A stretch of 64,000 nt of DNA from the human T2T-CHM13v2.0 reference genome, Homo sapiens, in the NCBI RefSeq assembly GCF_009914755.1, contig NC_060933.1. One strand, given 5' to 3'. The position numbers were made by a program, and so were the translations under genes. The notes under the pieces are model-generated. The model ran no database searches. It was not told the origin of the DNA and was given only the letters and a program-made list of their open reading frames with translations. Every line of letters starts with the position of its first letter. Positions within the stretch are counted from its first letter, which is position 1. Below, piece by piece: positions 55,420 to 64,000 of the stretch.

Positions 55420-55997
55420 AGTTGCTGTTCACATTTTACCCAAGAGCTATCTATGTGCCTCTTCTTCCTAGCCAACAAAAGCCCCATCTTGTTTAGATGG
55501 TGGGTAGGGAGCCAGTGAGATCATAGAAGATGGGCCCCTATCCAAGCCCCAAGAGAATTAATTGCAACTGGGCTTGTTCTGTTTTCCTTTGCCTGTGATT
55601 GGTCTAGGAGTGGGCATGTGGCCTATTTCTGGCCCTATGAAGCAAAAGGAGAGGTCTGCTGGGAGACTTCCTGAAACTGCTCTTCCTGGAAGGAGGGAAA
55701 CAAACAAAACAACAACAAAAGAACTTTACAAGAGAAAGCTTTTTATCCCAGCCCCTTCCTACTCCCATTGAATGCAGCTCTGTGAGGACACGATATTTGA
55801 AGCTGCAGTAGCTGAGGTGGCAAAAGATGGCAGAACAGAAGAGCAGACAGAATCTGGGTCCTAGATGACTTCATTGCACTGCTGCAACTGCCTTCTCCAG
55901 ACCTCTTGCCAGGTGAGAAAATTAAATGTCATCATTGCTTAAGCCCCTGGGAGACTAGATTCTGTTACTTGCCACTGAATGCATCCTAATGCTGTAA
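55420..55997 (+). mobile_element. MLT1(J/K)-type LTR
   Basis: gtgattggtctaggagtgggcatgtggcctatttctggcc...ttctgttacttgccactgaatgcatccta. Confidence 0.65.
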
Positions 55998-58900
55998 CTG
56001 TCTCTTGCACTGAAACCAACTTGCAAAATTTACAGCACAAACTCTGCCCATGTATGAAGAGAATGTAAAAAAGCATTGCAAACATCTCTTTTGGGAAAAT
56101 AAATGGATAACACCATTTTTTCTTTTCATTTGAGTTGTCCTATCTTTGGCAAGTGAAAGCTGAAAAGCAGAATTTTCACATATAAATCAAATTTCCCCAT
56201 TTCCCTCCTGGCAAGGGGTAAGAAACTCTTAGCCCATACATGCTTTCTAATTAGTTAAGAATTGGATTTCAAGCCCTACTCTTATTGTTCGGTTTATTCT
56301 GCTTAGTTCATTCAGATAAGAGAATCCTTGAAGGTAAGGTTTAGGGTAGTCAAACAGTTATGAACAATGGTTGTGAATTATGACATATTCCAGCATTTTG
56401 GAGCAGCAGCTTAGTCAGCTATCCTCAGAGCCAGTCTGAGGACTCTGACCAATACCAGTGTGGGTTGTCTAAACAAATTAATTTTTAAAAGTAAGGAATG
56501 TGTCTTTTCAGGCCTGTGGTTCCCTATGGAAACACTGACAAGAACAGGTGGAAGAAATATGTGGTCTTCGGTTAAAAACTCTTCAGGGTTCAAAGAAGGG
56601 CACTCTCACATCATGTGATGGGTGAGCTCTAGTCATTCTGTGAGAGGAACTCCAGGAGACCAGATCCAACTCGCAATCAGCTATAGTGAAGTTATGATAT
56701 GAGAAGCACCAACTTGGCACAAGACTTGGGAAAGGCAATGAGGCAGCAGGCAAGCTTTAAGGGATGACACTTACCTTGAGGGAGCAAGGACAAGTTGTGA
56801 CCTTCCCAGTCCTCTCTCCATTTGCAGATCAGCAAGCTTCTGTCAGCAAGGAGAGGTGGACAATGAAACTGGGTTCAGCTTGATTTGTTTTTTGAGACAG
56901 GTATGGCAAGGGGCTGCCAACAAGGTAAGTCATCTTTGGACAAGCCAAGTGCTTTGGGAAACAATTGTTTCTGAAAATAAGTGTTTGTGTCAAACATTCT
57001 CTTTGTTAGTAGGAGACATTTTTGTTGGATCATGTTGTCCTCAGCAAAAGAGGTTGCAGAGAAGTTAAGGAAGTTGGGATAACTTAGAGTCTCAGTGCTT
57101 TGGGGCAATTTACAGACAGCACTGTGTGATCCTCCCATCTCAGGACTTACATCATGTTGCTAACTCCCTCACTGGGGGCCATGGTTCTGAAAGGAAGAAA
57201 GCATGTCTTATTCACTCACCTTTGAGTCTCCAGCACTGAGCACAGCACCTGTCACTCAGTAGGCACTCAATAAATGTAAATTGATATGAAACATGACACG
57301 TGGTGCCTTTTACAGAACAAAAATTAATTTGTCCTAAAGGCCTCCAGGGATGCAATTCTGAATTTTAGTATGTGTCTACCTTAGGGTTGAGGTTAATGTT
57401 TAAGTGTGACAAGAAAGGGTTAGTTTGGCTGAAATAGTTCTTCCTGTGGTATTAACTGGTAAAATGAAATATAATGTCATTCTAATCTCTTCCAAGCCTT
57501 TCCTGATTCAAACATGGAAATGTGTTTCTGCAGATTGGGGCGTTTCAGCTAAAGGTTCAACGAGATTAAAAAGGAGAAAGCTTGAGTCGTTTGAGTCAAT
57601 ATCACAAACAGGATTTAGGTATTCATTAAGATAAGGATAAACTGCTAAATTTAGGTTTACTCATGATTAATTTGTTTGATGTATTTCCTTGCAGAATAAT
57701 ACATGAACTAGATTTTGAATGTGATACAGACACACACCATTTTTTACAATATATAGCTTAAAAATTTAGATGTATTCTATGTGTACAATCCAGAAAGGAG
57801 ATGAAATCCTGCCTCCTCTTTTATAAACTTATTTGGAGGGGGAGCTAAATGGAAGCCAAATTTTTGCTGAACTCAAATTGGCCATGGATTCTGGATACAC
57901 TGGGGCTGGAGAAGGGTATGGTTGAGAAGGACAAGAGGCATTGCACAAACACATTCCTGGAAATAAATCTACACAGACTGGTTGACTTGAAAACTGGTTA
58001 ATCAGAAATTTTGCCCTGCTTCGGGTAAAGCTAGAAACATTGAATCCCAACTCTGTGAGTAACATGCCTAATAGGAAAACTGAAAATTCTGTGTATTTCT
58101 TTTCCAAAATTAAATGGCAGCCAACGTTTGCAGAAAAAAAAAAAAAAAAAACAACCACAATGGGGAATTAGATTACAGCTGTTTGCTTAAAAATTGATAA
58201 CTGATTTTGTTGTTTCTTTAATGGAAATATTTGTATTGTGCATTCTTGTTGTTGTCTGAAGAAAAATGGTGAGAATATTACAGTGCGACTGCAGAATACA
58301 AGTTTGATAGAACTAATCTGATTTACCTTAGATACACTCCTCATTCGGGAGAATTTATTTAACTGGTAATTTAATTTAGGTGGAGAGGCACTTTAATTGG
58401 AGTTGATTACTGTGGGATTTTTACATAAAGTACGATGCACTCTTGAGTTACAGCACCACATGATGTAAAATTGGGTAATTTTAAGCCACTGGATATTTTT
58501 ATCCCAACTATAATAGAATTTGCTGAAAAATGCTTATTAACTGAAACTGTTTTCTAGGTTGGATACTATTTGGAAAATCTTTGGGACTATGTCAAAGATG
58601 GTTGGAAATTTACTAAAGCTAGCAGACCAAAAAACAAAACAAAACAAAACAAAAAGACTTAATTTATTAGGACTGCAGTGGTGATGTGTTGTCACTTCAG
58701 GACACCCCACTACCTGAATTGCAGCAGTGTTGCGAATCATCACTCTGCAGTGAATGGGAATTTTTGGTTTAGAGTTTAACAGATTTTCCTGGTCTTTCTC
58801 CTAGCGACTGACACAGAAATACGAAAGAATAAAATGATTCCAAAAAAAAAAAAAACACCTACATTAACCATTTGGGGGTAAAAACGACGAAAATGTAAAG

Positions 58901-59209
58901 GCAAATGATGAATTTATCAAAAAGAATGAAGGAACAGATAGCATATGTATGTAGGAACACAGTAGCTTTAAAATATCAGAAAGATGAAGGACAGAAATGC
59001 CAAGTGAAGCAGAGGGTTTCTACATTTGTCTTCTGCTTTTGCATGTCCCACATTCCCTTATGTAATAGATCTTTAATGGATTCCCTACTGTCACAGAACC
59101 TTTATAAGACCAGCCTATGGAGAATGCAAAGGAACTAAATAATGGACAGTTAACGTTCTGGAAAAGCAATTTATTATCTTGCTAGGAGCTGGCTTCTCAT
59201 TGCATTTAG

Positions 59210-59710
59210 AATAAACTTTAAACAGCTATATCATCTTCCAGGCCTGATATGATCTGGCCCCTGCAAACTTACCTTCACATCTTCCACTCCCATCCTCATT
59301 CTTCAGGCTCTAGCTACACTGGCTTTCTTTCATCCTTGGACTTTCTACACTGGTTCTTTCTGCAAGGCTTTGCACTGCCATGCTCTCTCTCTGGAATGCT
59401 TTTCCTTTGACTAAATTTTTCCATGTAATTCAGGTCTTAGTTCAATTTTAATCTCCCCTAAGAGATTTCCCATCCTATCTAAAGCAGTCTATGCCCTTCC
59501 CTATCCCTAGGTCCCGCAATCACATTACCTAGTTAGATTTCCTTCAAACCTCTTGAAATTCCCTTATTTATTCTTTTGAGTTTTTTTCCACTTCACCTTC
59601 CCCATAGAACATGAGCTCCTCAGTGTCAGGGGTCTTCTGTTTCGTTCACTGCTATATCCCCAACACCTAGAATAGAACATGACACACAGTGAGCCATGAA
59701 TGAATGAGAA
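59210..59710 (-). mobile_element. LINE-2 fragment
   Basis: gctttgcactgccatgctctctctctggaatgct...ttcactgctatatccccaacacctagaatag...tgaatgaatg. Confidence 0.7.
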
Positions 59711-60494
59711 AGAGTACAGGACTCACAGTGGAACTGCCTATGAACAAAAGGAATACTGGACAAAAAGAAATGGACTAGGGAAGAAAATCAGGAAGAAGAG
59801 GAACAAAGAATGGGGTCTAGGGACTGAGAATTGGTTATAGTGTACAATTTTAGCCCCTATAAAAAAGTTTTTTACATGCATTCCAAGCAGAGGGAATGGC
59901 AAGTGCTAAGAGGAAGTCTTTCCATCACTACACACAGCTGTTTTTTACTTTGTTGTTGTTAGTGGTTTTGTTTTCAGTGTGTGTGTTGGGAGTGGGGGGA
60001 GGATGGGTGTGAGGGATCTCTGCGTGTTTCTCTCAGGGGAAGGCTGGGTTTTCTCTTTCAGCCTACAGGTGTTGCTGCATGTTCTTGGGGTGGCCAATGG
60101 AGCACTAGACAGGAATACCACCCATGGCAGCTCTGCAACTTATTCTAAGACTTTTAGGGCAAGAGGCAGGAAAGAGTGAAGGAATGATCACCACATTGTA
60201 CCAGGGGTATACCAGTGAGAGGTAAGATGATCTGGGTGGTAGCAGTGACCCCCACTTTTTTTACCCAGAAAAAGATGGATAAATGCTCTGACATTGCTGT
60301 GACCCAGGGATCTGTGGCCATGGTTGCTTGTGCAGGCAGCAGCCAATACTTCTGAATGGCTCCCTTGGGACTACAAAACTGTGTGTGGGCGCAGGGAGCC
60401 CATACTATTTGCCACATCAGAAAAATCCATTCATGAAAAGGAAAGACAGAGAATGATAAAAGTCTTCTCAGAAAGCCTTAGCAAAATGGGTGCT

Positions 60495-60500
60495 TTTATT
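60495..60500 (-). terminator. PGAP4: Candidate distal poly(A) signal of PGAP4
   Basis: AATAAA on minus strand ~2.7 kb downstream of the stop. Confidence 0.5.
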
Positions 60501-62667
60501 TTCACAGACATGTCTATGCAATACACTCAGTCACAAGAGAGAGCTTCTTAAGCCTGACCATAATTTAAACTCTGAAAGGTGAGTGAGCCTGTTAAGAGAC
60601 CTCCACCCTTCTAGTAACCTATATCCCTTGATATGGGAAGGATATCTTAGTTCTCCCTAGCCCCTTGCTTAGGATTAAGTGAGAGACTTCAGCTTTGGTG
60701 TAAAGCTGTCAGCTGCCCTAATCAAGGACAATACACAAAAATTAGACTCCTTATAAGAATAAGGGATTAAATGGAGGAAGATCTAGAAGTGGGTGGGAAC
60801 AAAAGAGCAGAACTGAGCCTGCATCTGCAGAAAATGTCCAAAGACAACTGGCAGAGTTCACTCCATGGGGAAAAGGCATGTTAGTGTGTAGGTAGAGAAA
60901 CTGGACAAGGAAGGATGGCCTTAGCCTTCCATAATGGAGAAGTCGGGCAGGGGATGTCTGCATGCAATAGACAACTGAATTAGAAAGAGCAGAAATGTAA
61001 ACCAGCAGTGCTTCCCTATCTTGGGCCTGGCTAGCTTAAAGGGGCTCTACTGTCATTGGTCAAAAAACTTTCATGAGGAGATCCAATCACTAATGCAACA
61101 AACTCTAATGAGTTCTAAGTTGGAGAGAGCTCAGTTCTAAAGCTTGGGGGTAGACAGGTCACTGAGAGAGGAGGAATGAAGGAGTGGGATCTGAACATTG
61201 TAATAAGTCATCTAGTAGCTCTGATCACTTTGGACATTGCTGGGGGATACATAACAGCTCACTATAACATTACAACACATACTTATATCTGTTTGCTCCT
61301 CCAAACTAACATGACAATGTGTTTCTGCCATCTTAGCTTACAGAGACATGATCTAGTTCAGCTTATACTCAGATTTTACAAAAGAGACTTTGACCACATA
61401 GATATTCATAAAATTAATGTGGTTAAGAAAAAAGTGCAGGGGCTTGAAGTCAGAAGAGCTCCGTTCCCATTTTGGCTATGCTGCTGTTCAGGTTTGTGAC
61501 CTGCAGAGCAGTTTAGCATCTCTGGGTCTCAATTTGTTCATCTGTAGAGCGTGGGTGATCAACCTTTATGTAATCCTTCTGTGTTGAGTGGGTCTCAAGA
61601 TGGAAGCTCACTATGGGAATTTAAAAGCAAACTGTGGCATCGAAACAAACTGGACAATTGCTTGAACTCTAATATCATCATCCATCCTCATAAAGTAACT
61701 TGTTGGTCACTAGTCTGACAGTACTGTTAAAAGACATTTATTTGTAACTTTTGAGAAAATAATTTTCAGACTCTGATCTTAGAATAAGCTCATGAGAAGT
61801 CTCATTTCCAAGCTGGAGATCATTTCCAGTTTGAATGAACAATTCTTCTTTTTGGCTTGGGTGAACGTGGGGATAGGTGAAAGCTGAGCTGCACATCCTT
61901 CAGAGGTCACAATGAAAAGTCAGTCTTTATTCTAGCAGGGCTTGGTCATCTGGAATAGCTGGTACATAGGTGGCAGCTCCATGCCCTATCTCATACTTTA
62001 AACAACATCACCAATATCTTTTTCCGAAATAAGCTTGAGTTGTATATGTTTATTATAGGAGAGAAAAGTTTGCCAAGTGTCTTCTATGGACTAAGCACTT
62101 GCTAGGTGTTTTACATATATTCTGCCATTTAATCCTCAAGGCAACTTTAACATGTAAGTATTACTGTCCTCATTTTACAGGTGAAGAAATTGAGACCCAG
62201 AGTGATTATATGACCTGCCCAAGGTGGTCACGTCGTTAGGCCATGGCAGAGATCTGAAATAAAAGGTCAGGTCTTCTGACTTCAGTCCATGCTTTTTTTT
62301 TTTTTTTTTTCTATAACATCATGCTACCTAGAAGAAAAAGAAATGAAGGTAAGCAGTCAGCCAGGAAAGTCAGGAAAAATGATATGCTACTTGTAAAGAG
62401 CTCCCCTATATTGTATCATTCTGAAATGTCCAATTTTCAAAGAGTCAGAGTAGTACAGAAATGTTCAATGTTAAATCACTACTCAACATAAGCAATCTGA
62501 CTTTGATGGTTCACAAGCTCTTCCAGATCTTGTCGTGCCTTAAAGTTCTCACTAACAATATCAATTATCAGTGCACTACAGATATATAGGAAAAGAAAAT
62601 CCCAGGTAACAGAAAAGCCAGATCACCTGCCTCCAAGATGCCGGGCACTGCACGGCTTTTATCAGTT

Positions 62668-62673
62668 TTTATT
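62668..62673 (-). terminator. PGAP4: Candidate proximal poly(A) signal of PGAP4
   Basis: AATAAA on minus strand ~515 nt downstream of the stop. Confidence 0.55.
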
Positions 62674-63186
62674 ACATCAGGTCAAGGAAACAAATGGAAT
62701 CTATCCACATGGTCCTGCCTCGTTGGGCATATATTCTAAACATACATCCATTTTCATACCCAATGAGAAAGAACTCAATTCCAAAGGATCTCACCTTTCA
62801 CAAAATTCTACCCTTAAGATCCTAAAACAGTCATATCACTGTGCACAAAATTTTTGGCAGTCACAAGCTCTAACACAAAGCAGAGCTTAAAAACAAATGG
62901 AGAATATAATCAGTGTTCAAATGCACCCTCACTGGGTGGGTCAGACTGCATGAGGCAGTGTGGCTGTGTGGAGGGAGAGGTCCGGACCTGTGGCAAACTG
63001 CTGCTCCTGCCAGGAGGCTACCAAAGCCAAGGCTCTTAACATATTGAGGTTCCTCAGCTGCCCCAGTGCCTATATCTCTAACAACAGTAAACAGTGAAAT
63101 ACCTGCAGGCAACCATGTCTAAATAAAGAGATAAATATTTGAATCTTCAAGAAGTGGCCAACTTCAGAAAGGCATCTCTTGGCACC

Positions 63187-63999
63187 CTAGAGGAGACTGG
63201 GATGAAAGTTGTACCGGAGACTGGAGAAGAGCCCGATGTGTTTCACGAGGTTCGGCTCCACTACATAGGCCCTCTCTCCCTTGGCCCTCAACAGCGAGTA
63301 CAGTGCCATGTCCTTGCCAAAGCCCTTGTGGCAGTACACTTGGGACAGGTAGGTGAGGGTCCGGCGGGCCGCAGGTGCCGGGAAGAGCATGGCTGGGGTG
63401 CAACACTGAGAGGCAGGAACCACACTGTACAGGGAAGGACTCAGCCGCCGCAGTTCCAGGAAATAGTGCCGACCCACCAGCTCCACCAGACCCATGCTAT
63501 ACAGGGAGAAGAAGAGCATTACAGGCCAGCTAAACCCTGGGCGGCTGGCAAACCTCATGTATATCCAGGTTAGTAAGGGCCCCAGCAACATGCCTACACC
63601 AACCCATTCCAGGATCCGCATGGGCTCTGGATTGATGTAGTGCTGGAGCCTCTCGGGGTGATACAGCTTGAGATAAAGGGCATCTCTGAGATGTGGCTCA
63701 GAGAAGCGAGCCCGCAGAAGGTGCTCCAAGACTGGGAAGATCTGCTCTTCTGGTACAGCATCGTCTTCTACCATCAGGACGTAGTCTGGGTTGTAGGTCT
63801 GCAGGGATGACTCCAGGCAATAGACATAGTCCTGCTTCTCTTTCTCAAACGAGTTGGTCGAAGGGTCATCACCATAATCATCCTCAGTGCCCTCATAGCG
63901 ATTGGCCACAGGGACATACTTGGAGAGCAACTTGGCATCAAAATGGCTCACACTACGCTCCACGTTGCACAGGAAGAGTTGGTGCCCCTCGCACTGGGG
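63187..63999 (-). CDS. PGAP4: PGAP4 (TMEM246/C9orf125), Golgi GPI N-acetylgalactosamine transferase; C-terminal part of the coding exon, 5' partial
   Basis: Frame is open from the window end (PQCEGHQLFLCNVERSVSHF...) to TAG at 63187-63189; DxD-like VEDDA motif (EDD 63760-63768); two hydrophobic segments (WVGVGMLLGPLLTWIY; WPVMLFFSLYSMGLVELV); C-terminal PNLVKHIGLFSSL. Confidence 0.95.
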   Translation of the reverse strand, partial: PQCEGHQLFLCNVERSVSHFDAKLLSKYVPVANRYEGTEDDYGDDPSTNSFEKEKQDYVYCLESSLQTYNPDYVLMVEDDAVPEEQIFPVLEHLLRARFSEPHLRDALYLKLYHPERLQHYINPEPMRILEWVGVGMLLGPLLTWIYMRFASRPGFSWPVMLFFSLYSMGLVELVGRHYFLELRRLSPSLYSVVPASQCCTPAMLFPAPAARRTLTYLSQVYCHKGFGKDMALYSLLRAKGERAYVVEPNLVKHIGLFSSLRYNFHPSLL

Positions 64000-64000
64000 G

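Noticed and set aside
63139-63573. 144-aa plus-strand ORF
   Set aside because: Antisense shadow of the PGAP4 coding exon with a TTG start
63961-63963. ORF-track start of the 258-aa protein
   Set aside because: It is an internal GTG (Val); the frame stays open to the window edge, so the true start lies outside

Overview
This is human genomic DNA (chr9q31 by gene content). It holds the complete aldolase B gene (ALDOB, minus strand; non-coding exon 1 plus 8 coding exons, 364 aa, every splice junction GT-AG and in frame). At the right edge is the C-terminal coding part and 3' UTR of PGAP4 (TMEM246/C9orf125, minus strand, cut by the window end). The rest is repeat-rich intergenic DNA: Alu (including a near-consensus AluYa5), L1, L2, MIR, MaLR/ERV LTRs including a two-LTR THE1 element, DNA transposons and long purine microsatellites. 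I see no CRISPR, tRNA/rRNA or novel protein-coding system, and almost all other ORFs in the track are repeat or antisense artefacts. The best leads are structural or regulatory: (1) a 208-bp, 99%-identical direct repeat bracketing the ALDOB core promoter and exon 1, a possible substrate for a 1615-bp deletion; (2) a CpG island 14 kb upstream that looks like an alternative ALDOB first exon carrying an overlapping uORF; (3) inverted Alus around exons 4-8, which would form a 675-nt stop-free in-frame circle; (4) a (GAA)27 Alu tail; (5) a candidate ChREBP element; (6) a young 151-bp tandem duplication; (7) splice signals for an antisense lncRNA converging on PGAP4. Repeat boundaries and subfamilies were judged by eye and are approximate.
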